64,000 nucleotides of DNA from Pseudomonadota bacterium (GCA_039177555.1 JBCDFV010000023.1:4898-68897), one strand, 5' to 3'; shown: positions 19,079-28,702, numbered from the stretch's first letter. Numbers and translations are program-made. The notes: generated by a model not told the origin, from the sequence alone.

Positions 19079-19960
19079 TTGAACGCAGGTGAGTCCTCGA
19101 AGGCTGCCACTCAGGCGCGCGCTCCTGCCGCCCTGGCCGAGGCGGATTTCGATCGTTCGCCCGCTTCACTTGGCGAGGTCGCAAAGCAGATCCGGCGGTC
19201 GGTGATCACCATGATCGACAAGGCCGGTATGGGCCATGTCGGCGGCGACCTGTCGGTAACGGACATTCTGACGGCGCTTTATTTCGGCATTCTGCGCGTC
19301 GATCCGGCGGTGCCCGACTGGCCGGACCGTGATCGCTTCATCCTCTCTAAAGGACACTGCGTCGGCGCGCTCTATTCGGTTCTGGCCAAGCGCGGCTTCT
19401 TCGACGAGGCGCTGCTGGCCGACTTCCTGGCGCCGCTGTCGCCGCTGAACGGGCACCCCAATCGGCGCAAGGTGCCGGGTGTCGAGGCCAACACTGGGCC
19501 GCTGGGGCACGGCTTGCCGATCGCCATCGGCTCGGCGATCGCCGCACGCCTTTCCGGATGCAACTGGCGCACCTTCGTCGTGCTCGGCGACGGCGAACTG
19601 CAGGAAGGCAGCAATTGGGAGGCGGCGATGTGCGCCGGCCATCGCGGCCTGGAGCGCCTGACGGCGATCGTCGACCGCAACCGGCTGCAGCAGGGCGCGC
19701 GGACCGAAGAGACGAACCGGCTGGAACCGCTGGCCGACAAGTTCACCGCCTTCGGCTGGGACGTGCTGGAGGTGGACGGCCATGACATGCCGGCGCTGTT
19801 GGACGTGTTTGGCGCATCCGGCGACGGACGGCCGCGCTGCGTGATCGCCCACACATCCAAGGGCCGGGGCGTGTCGTTCATGGAGGATCGGGTGGAGTGG
19901 CACCACAAGGTGCCGAACGCCGATCAGGTCGCGGCGGCCCTGAAGGAACTGACGGTATGA
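19079..19960 (+). CDS. transketolase, N-terminal (TPP/PP-domain) subunit
   Basis: 293 aa with a TTG start 7 nt after a GGGAGG SD. Motifs are GHVGGDLSVTDIL, SKGHCVGALY and GDGELQEGSNWEA (TPP-binding GDG). Confidence 0.9.
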   Translation: MNAGESSKAATQARAPAALAEADFDRSPASLGEVAKQIRRSVITMIDKAGMGHVGGDLSVTDILTALYFGILRVDPAVPDWPDRDRFILSKGHCVGALYSVLAKRGFFDEALLADFLAPLSPLNGHPNRRKVPGVEANTGPLGHGLPIAIGSAIAARLSGCNWRTFVVLGDGELQEGSNWEAAMCAGHRGLERLTAIVDRNRLQQGARTEETNRLEPLADKFTAFGWDVLEVDGHDMPALLDVFGASGDGRPRCVIAHTSKGRGVSFMEDRVEWHHKVPNADQVAAALKELTV

Positions 19961-20913
19961 CGACGGCCGTGGCATCGGCGGTGCAGCCCGCGCCGGTCTT
20001 CGATTGTCGTCAGGCCTTTGCCGAGACGTTGATGGAACTCGCGGCGCAAGACCCACGGATTGTTGCCGTCTGCAACGACTCCGTCGGTTCCAGCAATCTG
20101 GGGGCCTTCGCCAAGGCCTATCCGGACCGCCTGATCAATGTCGGCATCGCGGAACAATGCATGGTCGGCACGGCGGCGGGGCTCGCCAATGGCGGTTTCG
20201 TTCCGTTCGTTTGTGCCGCCTCGCCCTTCTTGACCGGTCGCGCCTTGGAACAGATCAAGGCCGATGTCGCCTATAACGACTATCCCGTCGTGCTATGTGG
20301 CATGAGCCCGGGCATGGCCTATGGCGAGCTGGGGCCGACGCACCATTCGATCGAGGATTTCGCCTGGACACGCGCCATCGCCGATCTGACGGTGCTGGTG
20401 CCGGCCGACCCGGCCCAGACCAGGGCGGCCGTGTGCTGGGCGGCGGCTGCCAGACGCCCGATCTTCATGCGCGTCGGCCGCTTCAAGGTGCCGGCCGTGA
20501 CCGAAGACGGCCCGTTCGACCCCGACCGTATCGCCGAACTGGCGGCCGGATCGGACGTGACCGTCGTCGCCGCCGGCACCATGGTCTCGCGCGCGCTGGA
20601 GGCGCACAGCCTGCTTGCGGCCGAGGGTATTGCGGCCCGCGTGCTGAACGTCTCCACGCTGAAGCCGCTGGATGCCGAGATGCTGGTGCGGGCCGCGCGG
20701 GAAACCGGCCGTATCGTCACGGCGGAGGAGGCGTCGGTGCATGGCGGCCTGGGCGGCGCCGTCGCCGAACTCCTGAGCCAGAGCCACCCGGTACCGATGC
20801 GGATTCTCGGCGTGCCGGAGTTCGCGCCGACCGGCGATACGGCCTTTCTGCTCGACCATTTCGGCCTCAACGCGGCGGGCATCGCCGCCGCCGCCCGCGA
20901 ACTGGTGGGTTAG
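19957..20913 (+). CDS. transketolase, C-terminal (Pyr plus C-terminal domain) subunit
   Basis: ATG 19957 overlaps the upstream stop (ATGA). Motifs are NVGIAEQCMVGTAAGLA and HHSIEDFAWTRAI. The upstream 20 residues in the ORF track are overlap artefact. Confidence 0.9.
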   Translation: MTTAVASAVQPAPVFDCRQAFAETLMELAAQDPRIVAVCNDSVGSSNLGAFAKAYPDRLINVGIAEQCMVGTAAGLANGGFVPFVCAASPFLTGRALEQIKADVAYNDYPVVLCGMSPGMAYGELGPTHHSIEDFAWTRAIADLTVLVPADPAQTRAAVCWAAAARRPIFMRVGRFKVPAVTEDGPFDPDRIAELAAGSDVTVVAAGTMVSRALEAHSLLAAEGIAARVLNVSTLKPLDAEMLVRAARETGRIVTAEEASVHGGLGGAVAELLSQSHPVPMRILGVPEFAPTGDTAFLLDHFGLNAAGIAAAARELVG

Positions 20914-20916
20914 GCC

Positions 20917-22446
20917 GTGGTCGCGCCCGTTATCCTCGCCATCGACCAGGGCACCAGCGCGACCAAGTGCCTGGCCCTCAACGAGGCAGGGGCCGTGATT
21001 GCCAAGGGCCAGGCGCCCTTGGGCGAGAGCCGGCCGCGTCCCGGCTGGGTCGAACAGGACGCCGACGCGCTGTGGCAGAGCGTGGTTGCGGCCGTGCGTG
21101 CGTGTCTGGCTGAGCGGGACGGCGCTGACGTCGTCGCCATCGGCATCGCCAACCAGCGCGAATCCATGCTGTTGTGGGACGGTGATACGGGCCGGCCCCT
21201 GTCGCCCGTGATCAGCTGGCAGGACCAGCGCACCGTTGATCTGTGCGATAAGCTGCGCTCGCCGGATGCGGAAGACCTGGTGCAGGCGCGCAGCGGCCTG
21301 CCGCTGGACCCAATGTTTTCCGCCCTCAAGGCGCGCTGGCTGCTCGACACCTACGATCCCGACCGGACCCGGTCGAGGGCGGGCCGGATCCGCCTCGGCA
21401 CCATCGATTCCTGGCTTTTGCACCGTGCGTCCGGCGGTCAGGACGGCGCGCATGTCATTGAGGTCGGCAACGCCTCGCGCACGCAACTGCTGAACATCGC
21501 TGAGGCGGATTGGGACGACAGCCTGCTGGGGTTCTTCGACGTGCCGGCCAACGCGCTGCCGCGCATCGTGCCGTCCGTGGGACCGTTCCCGTCCGTGCGC
21601 GGCCTGGCGCCGGTGCCGGACGGCACGCCCATCGCGGCGGTCATGGGGGATTCCCACGCCGCCCTGTTCGCCCACGGCGCCTTTGAGGCCGGCCCGGTGA
21701 AAGCCACTTACGGCACCGGCTCGTCGGTGATGGGTTTGGTCGAGAAACCAGACGCTGTCGCAGATGGCCTTTGCCTGACCATCGCCTGGTCGATCGACCA
21801 TCCGGCCTACGCGGCGGAGGCGAACATCCGGTCCGCCGGCGCCACCCTGCGCTGGACGGCGGATCTGCTCGGCATTACCACGGACGACCTCGTCGCCCTG
21901 GCCGAAGGCGCCGACAGTCAGGGGGTCAGTCTGGTGCCCGCCTTCAACGGCATGGGCGCGCCCTGGTGGGACCAGCGGGCCAACGGCACGCTGTGCGGCC
22001 TCACGCTCGGCGCCGGACGGCCGCAGGTCGCACGGGCGGCGTTGGAGTCGATCCCGCACCAGGTGGCCGATGTGATCGACGCCTTCGATCGGTCGATCGG
22101 CCGGGTCTCGGTTCTGCACGCCGATGGTGGGCCGACGCGCAATGACGCGCTGATGCAGTTGCAGGCAGATCTGCTGGACCGGCCCGTGCACTGCACCGAT
22201 GCCGCCGAACTGTCAGCCCTCGGCGTCGCCCATCTTGCCGGCCTGTCGGTCGGCTTGTGGACGCTTGAGAGCTTGAAGACCTTCGATCGCGGCGGCCGCG
22301 TGTTCCAACCGGCGATGCCGGCCTTCGACCGCGCGACCCACCGGGCCCGCTGGCTGACCGCGATCCAGCAGGTGTTGAACGAACCGGCGACCCCCGCGCC
22401 GGCGCCGACGCTCGACATACCGACCACCGCGCGCTGCGTGCGTTGA
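20917..22446 (+). CDS. FGGY-family carbohydrate kinase
   Basis: 509 aa with VILAIDQGTSATKCLAL (the FGGY N-terminal ATPase motif), NQRESMLLWD and a C-terminal ADGGPTRNDALMQLQAD. Confidence 0.9.
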   Translation: MVAPVILAIDQGTSATKCLALNEAGAVIAKGQAPLGESRPRPGWVEQDADALWQSVVAAVRACLAERDGADVVAIGIANQRESMLLWDGDTGRPLSPVISWQDQRTVDLCDKLRSPDAEDLVQARSGLPLDPMFSALKARWLLDTYDPDRTRSRAGRIRLGTIDSWLLHRASGGQDGAHVIEVGNASRTQLLNIAEADWDDSLLGFFDVPANALPRIVPSVGPFPSVRGLAPVPDGTPIAAVMGDSHAALFAHGAFEAGPVKATYGTGSSVMGLVEKPDAVADGLCLTIAWSIDHPAYAAEANIRSAGATLRWTADLLGITTDDLVALAEGADSQGVSLVPAFNGMGAPWWDQRANGTLCGLTLGAGRPQVARAALESIPHQVADVIDAFDRSIGRVSVLHADGGPTRNDALMQLQADLLDRPVHCTDAAELSALGVAHLAGLSVGLWTLESLKTFDRGGRVFQPAMPAFDRATHRARWLTAIQQVLNEPATPAPAPTLDIPTTARCVR

Positions 22447-22460
22447 GAAGGGGGACCGCC

Positions 22461-23447
22461 ATGGTAGCGCCCAGCGAACAGGATCAGGCAACCGGTCGGC
22501 TGACCGTCCCATCCTTCAACTGGGGCCTTGGCTTCTTCGGGCCGCTGGTCGGTCTGGTGCTGCTGTGCATCGTCTTTTCGTTCACCTCGGAGTACTTCTT
22601 CACCGCCCGCAACGCGCTGAACATCCTCGACCAGGTGACCGTCCTGGGCATCCTGGCGATCGGCATGACGGCGGTCATCATCACCGGTGGCATCGATCTC
22701 TCGGTTGGCTCCGTCCTGGCCTTTTCCATGATGATGATGGGCTGGATCAGCCGGGAGTTCGGCGTGCCGCTCGAAATCGCGATGCTGTGCGCCATCCTGA
22801 CCGGCGCCGCCTGCGGCGCGGTTTCCGGCCTCTTGATCACCGTCGCGCGGCTGCCGCCCTTCATCGCCACCTTGGCGATGATGACCGTGGCCCGCGGCCT
22901 CGCCAACATCCTGACCGACGGGCGCCAGATCGTCGGCTATCCGTCCTGGTTCACCAGCTTCGCCACCGTCCGGCATTTCGACTTTCTGTCCGTCACCGTG
23001 GGCGTCTTCATCGTCTCGGTCATCCTGGCCTTCATCTATCTGCGTTACCGGCCCGGCGGCCGCAATCTCTACGCCATCGGCGGCAGCCCGGAGGTGGCGC
23101 GCCTTTCCGGCATCGCGGTCAAGAAGGTCACGGTCGGGGTCTATGCCATGTGCGGCGCCCTGTCGGGGCTTGCCGGCATCGCGTTGGCCGCGCGCCTGAA
23201 CTCGTCCCAGCCCAGCGCCGGCCTGACCTACGAGCTCGACACCATCGCCGCCGTCGTCATCGGCGGGGCCAGCCTGGCCGGCGGGGTCGGCAGCATTGCG
23301 GGCACCGTGGTCGGCGTTCTGATCATCGGCGTTTTGAGCAACGGGCTGAACCTGCTGGCCGTATCGCCCTTCATCCAGATGGTCGTAATCGGCTGCGTCA
23401 TCGCGCTGGCGGTGACGTTCGACACGTTGGGCCGGCGCAACCGCTAG
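22461..23447 (+). CDS. sugar ABC transporter permease (RbsC type)
   Basis: ATG 22461 is preceded by a GAAGGGGGA SD. The track start TTG 22443 overlaps the kinase stop. The protein is hydrophobic with a GGIDLSVGS motif. Confidence 0.9.
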   Translation: MVAPSEQDQATGRLTVPSFNWGLGFFGPLVGLVLLCIVFSFTSEYFFTARNALNILDQVTVLGILAIGMTAVIITGGIDLSVGSVLAFSMMMMGWISREFGVPLEIAMLCAILTGAACGAVSGLLITVARLPPFIATLAMMTVARGLANILTDGRQIVGYPSWFTSFATVRHFDFLSVTVGVFIVSVILAFIYLRYRPGGRNLYAIGGSPEVARLSGIAVKKVTVGVYAMCGALSGLAGIALAARLNSSQPSAGLTYELDTIAAVVIGGASLAGGVGSIAGTVVGVLIIGVLSNGLNLLAVSPFIQMVVIGCVIALAVTFDTLGRRNR

Positions 23448-23613
23448 CGCCGGTTTCGAAACAGAGCACGCCAAGAACAGGGAGGATAGAACGACGAGCC
23501 AGAGAGTTTCGACAGACGCCGGGCCTTCGCTGGCATCTGCAGCGGCCGTCTTGGGACGGACAAGAACGACGAACCAACGGGCCCATCGGCCCAAATGAGA
23601 GAGGGAGCACCCC

Positions 23614-24552
23614 ATGAACCGCGTATTTCTAACCACAACATCCGCCATTGCCGTCGCCGGCGCCGCCCTGTTGGGCACGGCCGCGCAGGCGCAGGACGAC
23701 TTGACCATCGGCCTGGCGGTCGCCAATCTGCAAGCCGATTTCTTCAACCAGATCAAGCAGTCGGTCGAGGCCGCGGGCGAGGAACAGGGGATCGAGATCA
23801 TCACGGTCGACGCCGCCGGTGATGCCGCGACCCAGGTCAGCCAGATCCAGGATCTGATCACCCGTGAGATCGATGCGTTGATTTACATTCCGGCCGGTGC
23901 CACCGCCGCCGGCGTGCCGGTCGAGGCGGCGCGCGCCGCCGGCATTCCCGTGGTCGCCGTCGACCGTAACCCGCCGGACGTGCCGGGCGACACCTTCATC
24001 GCCACAAACAGCGTCGCCGCGGCGCAAGAGCTGGGCGACTGGGTCTGCGAGCAGACCGGCGGTGAAGGCCGCGTCGGCGTCGTCCAGGGCCAGCTGGGCA
24101 CGACGCCGGAGATCGACCGCGACACCGGCTTCCGTGCCGCGCTGGACGACTGCCCAGGCATCGAAATCGTCGCCCAGCAGGCCAGCAATATGTGGATGCA
24201 GGACGAAGGCTTCGCCATCGCCCAGGACATGCTGTTGCGCGATCCGGAGATCACGATCTTCTTCGGCCGTGCCGACGCGCTGGCGCTGGGCGCTGCCCAG
24301 GCCGTGCAGGTCGCCAATCTCGACCATGACGTTCTCGTCGTCGGCTTCGACGGTGATTTCGCCGGGCTTGAGGCGGTTCGCGACGGCGTGCTCGACGCCA
24401 CCATGACCCAGCGGACCCAGGGCATGGGCCGGATGGCGCTGGAATCGGCGATCGCCCTGATCAACGGTGAGGACGTGCCGGCTGAACAGCTTCAGCCTGC
24501 AACCCTAACCACGTCGGAAAACGCGGCCGGGTTCCTGGAGAACCATCCGTGA
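23614..24552 (+). CDS. sugar ABC transporter substrate-binding protein (RbsB-like)
   Basis: 312 aa with signal peptide ...AVAGAALLGTAAQAQ. It has the type-I PBP fold (FFNQIKQS, IDALIYIP). Confidence 0.9.
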   Translation: MNRVFLTTTSAIAVAGAALLGTAAQAQDDLTIGLAVANLQADFFNQIKQSVEAAGEEQGIEIITVDAAGDAATQVSQIQDLITREIDALIYIPAGATAAGVPVEAARAAGIPVVAVDRNPPDVPGDTFIATNSVAAAQELGDWVCEQTGGEGRVGVVQGQLGTTPEIDRDTGFRAALDDCPGIEIVAQQASNMWMQDEGFAIAQDMLLRDPEITIFFGRADALALGAAQAVQVANLDHDVLVVGFDGDFAGLEAVRDGVLDATMTQRTQGMGRMALESAIALINGEDVPAEQLQPATLTTSENAAGFLENHP

Positions 24553-26108
24553 TATCGACCCGCGCTGAACGGCCGGCGCCGTCGGGAACGACGGCTCCCC
24601 CCATGCCGGCCGCCAGCGCACCGGAGAGCCCCCGCCGGGGGCTCTCCATTCGCGGCCTGTCGAAGGACTTCTTCGGCAACCGCGTCGTGTCCGACCTGGA
24701 CCTGGACGTCGCACCGGGCGAGGTCGTCGCCCTGCTCGGCGAAAACGGCGCCGGCAAGTCGACCGTATCGGCCATGATCGCCGGCATCCATCCGCCGACC
24801 GAAGGCACCATGGTGTGGGAAGACCAGGCCTTCCGCCCCGTCTCGCCCGCCGACGCGCTGGCCGCCGGCATCGGCCTGATCCACCAGGAAATGCGCCTGC
24901 TGCCGGACCTGTCGATCGCCGAGAACGTCTTTGTCGGCCGGCTGCCCATGCGTGGCGCGATGGTCGACCGCGAGACCATGAACCGGCGCGCGGCCGAACA
25001 GCTTCAGCGCCTGGGTCTCGACATCCCGCCGACCACCCGTGTCGGCAGCCTGCGCGTCGCCGCCCAGCAGCAGGTCGAGATCGCCAAGGCGCTGACCCTG
25101 AACGCCCGCTTGCTGATCCTTGACGAACCGACGGCGGCGCTCGGGGGCGAGGAGACGGACCGTTTGTTCGAACAGATCGAACGGCTTAAGCAAGACGGCG
25201 TCTCGTTCATTTATATCAGCCACCGCCTGGACGAAATCGCCCGCATCGCCGACCGGGTCGCGGTCCTGCGCGACGGTGCCTTGGTGGCGACCCACGACAC
25301 GGCCCAGGTGCCGGTCAAGACCCTGATCGAGGAAATGGTCGGCCGCAGCGTCGACCGCATGTTCCCGACCATCGCACCGCCCCGGGATCACGAGGTCCTG
25401 AGCGTGGAGAACCTTTCCGGCGTCGACGGTGCCTTCCGAAACGTCAGCTTCACCGTGCGCGCCGGCGAGGTCTTCGGCATTGCCGGCATCGTCGGCGCCG
25501 GCCGGACGGAGCTTGTCCGCGCCATCACCGGTGCGGACCCGGTGGCCTCCGGTTCGGTGTCGATCGACGGCGAAATCGTCCATTTGCGCGAGCCGGGCGA
25601 CGCCATCCGGGCCGGCCTGGTCATGGTGCCGGAAGACCGTAAGCAGCAAGGGCTGCTGCTGGACCAGACGCTGGCCGACAATGTCGCCTACGGCAATTTC
25701 GACCTGATGGGAAGGCGCGGCTGGATCTCGCCCGGCGCCATGCGCCGCTTCGCCCAGGCCGCCATCACCCGCATGGGCGTGAAGGGCCAGCCGGCGCAAA
25801 GCGCCAGCGTGCTTTCCGGCGGTAATCAGCAAAAGCTGGTGATCGCCAAATGGATCTCGCGCGATCCCAAGATCTTCATTCTGGACGAGCCGACGCGCGG
25901 CATCGATGTCGGCGCCCGCGCCGCGATCTATGAGGTCATCGCCGGCCTCGCCCAATCCGGCATGGCGGTGGTCGTCGTCTCCTCCGACCTGGAGGAGGTG
26001 TTGGGCCTGTCGCACCGCGTGCTGGTGTTGAGCCGGGGGCGACAGCGCGGCCTGTTGGACCGCGAGGCCCTCAGCCATGTCGCGGTCATGGAACTGGCAA
26101 CCAGCTAA
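24549..26108 (+). CDS. sugar ABC transporter ATP-binding protein (duplicated cassette, RbsA-like)
   Basis: There are two Walker A-type loops (GENGAGKST; GIVGAGRTE) and two signatures (the first degenerate; LSGGNQQK). The GTG start overlaps the SBP stop. The true start could be Met at 24603. Confidence 0.9.
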   Translation: MISTRAERPAPSGTTAPPMPAASAPESPRRGLSIRGLSKDFFGNRVVSDLDLDVAPGEVVALLGENGAGKSTVSAMIAGIHPPTEGTMVWEDQAFRPVSPADALAAGIGLIHQEMRLLPDLSIAENVFVGRLPMRGAMVDRETMNRRAAEQLQRLGLDIPPTTRVGSLRVAAQQQVEIAKALTLNARLLILDEPTAALGGEETDRLFEQIERLKQDGVSFIYISHRLDEIARIADRVAVLRDGALVATHDTAQVPVKTLIEEMVGRSVDRMFPTIAPPRDHEVLSVENLSGVDGAFRNVSFTVRAGEVFGIAGIVGAGRTELVRAITGADPVASGSVSIDGEIVHLREPGDAIRAGLVMVPEDRKQQGLLLDQTLADNVAYGNFDLMGRRGWISPGAMRRFAQAAITRMGVKGQPAQSASVLSGGNQQKLVIAKWISRDPKIFILDEPTRGIDVGARAAIYEVIAGLAQSGMAVVVVSSDLEEVLGLSHRVLVLSRGRQRGLLDREALSHVAVMELATS

Positions 26109-26128
26109 CGTTTGGGAGGGGACGGCAG

Positions 26129-26893
26129 ATGGATCTATTTCGCCTGGATGGGGAGGTGGCGTTCGTCACCGGCGCGGGCAGCGGTATTGGCCAGGGGCTG
26201 GCCATCGGCCTTGCGGAGGCCGGCGCCGACGTTGCCTGCTTCGATCTGCCGACAAGCGACGGCCTGGCCGAGACTGTTCGGCGCATCCAGGCTCTGGGTC
26301 GCCGTGCGCACGGGCTAACCGGCACGGTCGTCGATGAAGACGACGTGGCGGCGGCGGTTGCCGACGCGGAGGCGGCGCTCGGGCCGCTAACCGTGGCGAT
26401 CAACGCGGCCGGTATCGCCAACGCCGCGCCCGCCGAGGACCTGACGCGCGAGCAATGGCAACAGATGTTCGACGTCAACCTGACCGGCCTGTTCACTTGC
26501 TGCCAGGCCGAGGGCCGCGCCATGCTGGGGCGCAAACACGGGTCGATTATCAACATCGCATCCATGTCCGGCAGCATCGTTAATCGCGGCCTGACCCAGG
26601 TGCATTACAATGCCTCGAAGGCCGCCGTGATCCACCTGACCAAGAGCCTGGCCATGGAATGGTGCGATCGTGGCGTGCGCGTCAACGCGATCAGCCCGGG
26701 CTACACCGCCACGCCGATGAACCTGCGGCCCGAGGTCGCCGAACAGCGCAAGCAGTTCGAGGCCGACACGCCGCTCGGCCGCATGGCGGAGGTGGACGAG
26801 CTGGTCGGCCCGGCGGTCTTCCTCGCCGCCAAGGCCTCGTCCTTCTGCACCGGCATCGACCTGATCGTCGATGGCGGCTTTGTCTGCTGGTAG
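26129..26893 (+). CDS. SDR-family oxidoreductase
   Basis: 254 aa with VAFVTGAGSGIGQGLA, NAAG and YNASKAA. The C-terminus is FCTGIDLIVDGGF. Confidence 0.9.
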   Translation: MDLFRLDGEVAFVTGAGSGIGQGLAIGLAEAGADVACFDLPTSDGLAETVRRIQALGRRAHGLTGTVVDEDDVAAAVADAEAALGPLTVAINAAGIANAAPAEDLTREQWQQMFDVNLTGLFTCCQAEGRAMLGRKHGSIINIASMSGSIVNRGLTQVHYNASKAAVIHLTKSLAMEWCDRGVRVNAISPGYTATPMNLRPEVAEQRKQFEADTPLGRMAEVDELVGPAVFLAAKASSFCTGIDLIVDGGFVCW

Positions 26894-26896
26894 GCG

Positions 26897-27886
26897 CTAG
26901 TCGCTGACCGACGCCGCGTCCCAGCGTCCGGTCGTGTCGAGGGCAAGGAAGTCGCCCAGTCGCTTTTGGATCGCCCTGTCCAGCATCGTCAGCTCGGCCG
27001 CGGGCAGGCTGATGTAGGGCCAGCGCACCGTCGCATCCAACGGCGCCCAGCGGCCGATGGCCGCCAGCGCCTTGTCGAAGGCGAAGGGCTGGAACGGGCC
27101 GCGCGCCAGCATCGGCTGGACCAGGTCGCGAAACAGTTCGGCGATGTCCCGCTCGATCGCCAACGCCCGCTCCGGCTCCGTCTGGATCAAGCGCCACCAG
27201 CCCACCGTGGCCGAGGGCGACAGGCAGGCCATGTTCGAATAGCTGCCATGGGCGCCGGCCAGGACGCCGGTGGCCATCCGGTGCCCGGGAATGAAGACGG
27301 ACAGTTGGTCGAACAAGGGCCGCGCTTGGTCATACCATTGAGCGTCGCCATCCATGATCTTGACGCCGATGACCGCGGGAACGGCCTTTGCCAGGCGGCC
27401 GATCTCAGTAGTGGTCAGCCGCCGTTTGGCATGAGGCGGGTTGTACAGCACCAGGGGGCAGGGGGCGGCCGCGATCGCGATGCCTTCCAGGAAGCGGACG
27501 GCCTCTTCATCGCTCGGCGGCACCCAGTCCGGCAGCACGACCTGCAAGGCCGTGGCGCCGGAGGTGGACAGACGCCGTGCGCGGTCGAGGCTGATTCGAG
27601 GGTTGGCGTCACAGACGCCGATCTGGAAGGGAAGGCCTCTTTTTCCCGCCGTTTCAGAGACTTGTAGCGCCACACGATCGTACTCGGCCTCGGTGATGGC
27701 GTGAAACTCCCCGGCCGTTCCGAATGCGTAGATGCCCTCCACCTCAAGACTGGCAAGCGTGTCCAACTGGGTCTGCAACGCGCCATGGTCGATCGTCCCG
27801 TCGGCGTTCAGGGGCAATAGAACGGTCGCCCAGACGCCGCGCGGCCAAGGGCGTCCGTCGGGTGTGTCTGGTGAGGCAGTCGGCAT
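26897..27886 (-). CDS. dihydrodipicolinate synthase/N-acetylneuraminate lyase (DHDPS/NAL) family protein
   Basis: 329 aa with LPLNADGTIDHGALQTQLDTL and the GTAGEFHAITEAEY motif of class I aldolases. Confidence 0.8.
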   Translation of the reverse strand: MPTASPDTPDGRPWPRGVWATVLLPLNADGTIDHGALQTQLDTLASLEVEGIYAFGTAGEFHAITEAEYDRVALQVSETAGKRGLPFQIGVCDANPRISLDRARRLSTSGATALQVVLPDWVPPSDEEAVRFLEGIAIAAAPCPLVLYNPPHAKRRLTTTEIGRLAKAVPAVIGVKIMDGDAQWYDQARPLFDQLSVFIPGHRMATGVLAGAHGSYSNMACLSPSATVGWWRLIQTEPERALAIERDIAELFRDLVQPMLARGPFQPFAFDKALAAIGRWAPLDATVRWPYISLPAAELTMLDRAIQKRLGDFLALDTTGRWDAASVSD

Positions 27887-27915
27887 GGCGCAATGGTATG
27901 TCCGATCGTTAATTT

Positions 27916-27967
27916 GGTAAAGCCATTTGACTCATCGGTAAGACCAAACTAGCCTTTGGTCATGACC
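27916..27967. promoter_or_regulatory. three phased GGT-N3/4-(A/G)CC boxes (candidate GntR/FadR-type operators)
   Basis: The boxes are GGTAAAGCC (27916), GGTAAGACC (27937) and the perfect palindrome GGTCATGACC (27958-27967, overlapping the GntR ATG). They are spaced exactly 21 bp apart in the 75-bp divergent intergenic region. Confidence 0.45.
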
Positions 27968-28702
27968 GAACCAGCCGCCGGACGTCGCAGACTGTCCACC
28001 GACATCGCGGATGCACTCGTTGAGCGCATTCGCAACGGCGACTTCCCCGAAGGATCGGCGCTGCCGTCGGAGCGCGATTTGTGTGAGCAGTTCGGCGTCG
28101 GCCGTCCCACCGTGCGCGAGGCGATGATCCATCTGGAAAGCCGGGGTTATGTCGATGCTTCGGCCGGCCGGCGGCCCCGGATTCAGGAACCGTCGCTGGA
28201 CCATCTGTTCGGCCGCCTGTCGTCGCTTGCCGGCCAGTTCCTGCGCACGCCGGAGGGCTTCGGCCATCTGGAACAGGCGCGCATGTTTCTGGAAACCGGC
28301 GTCGTCCGCTATGCCGTCGACCATGCTACGCCGGCCCAGATGTCGGCGCTGCATGCCGCGTTGAAGGCCTGCGATGCGCAGATCGAAACGGACGAACCGT
28401 TTCGCAAGGCCGATGTCGCCTTCCACCGGGTGCTGGCGGAGATGCCGGGCAATCCGATCATCGTCGCCCTGCAAGACGCGGTGGTGGAATGGCTGATCGA
28501 GCGCCGGCCGGCACGCCAGGACGTCGAGGCCCTGAACCGGATGAGCCAAGGGGAACATCAGGAAATCTTCGATGCCGTCGTCCGCCGCAACAAGCAGCAG
28601 GCGGAGGACGCGATGATCCGACACCTGAACCGGGCCTATTACATGTACTTTCTGCAAGGGGACGGCGCGCCCGGGCCGGCTGCCCCGCAAGGAACGGCGT
28701 GA
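27962..28702 (+). CDS. GntR-family (FadR/FCD subfamily) transcriptional regulator
   Basis: It has a winged HTH (LPSERDLCEQFGVGRPTVREAM) and a C-terminal all-helical FCD domain. ATG 27962 is preferred over TTG 27956. Confidence 0.85.
   Translation: MTEPAAGRRRLSTDIADALVERIRNGDFPEGSALPSERDLCEQFGVGRPTVREAMIHLESRGYVDASAGRRPRIQEPSLDHLFGRLSSLAGQFLRTPEGFGHLEQARMFLETGVVRYAVDHATPAQMSALHAALKACDAQIETDEPFRKADVAFHRVLAEMPGNPIIVALQDAVVEWLIERRPARQDVEALNRMSQGEHQEIFDAVVRRNKQQAEDAMIRHLNRAYYMYFLQGDGAPGPAAPQGTA

Noticed and set aside
18405-19184. 259-aa minus-strand ORF spanning the SorC 5' end and the divergent promoter
   Set aside because: It overlaps the SorC gene out of frame and runs through the AT-rich promoter region. 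The translation is Arg/Pro-rich with no family features.
20293-22191. 632-aa ORF on the minus strand
   Set aside because: It lies entirely antisense to the transketolase C-subunit and FGGY kinase genes, which have clear family motifs. The translation is Arg/Gly/Ala/Pro-rich low-complexity sequence, typical of shadow ORFs in high-G+C DNA.
23453-23462. Palindrome GTTTCGAAAC just after the permease stop, and the small stem CCGTC...GACGG in the 166-nt spacer before the SBP gene
   Set aside because: The stems are short with no U-tract and no second copy. This is insufficient to call a terminator or operator.
21918-23861. 647-aa ORF on the minus strand
   Set aside because: It is antisense to the kinase, permease and SBP genes. 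It crosses an intergenic region, has no recognisable motifs, and has the composition of a high-G+C shadow frame.
24492-26078. 528-aa ORF on the minus strand
   Set aside because: It is antisense to the duplicated-cassette ABC ATPase, whose Walker and signature motifs are unambiguous. It is a shadow ORF.
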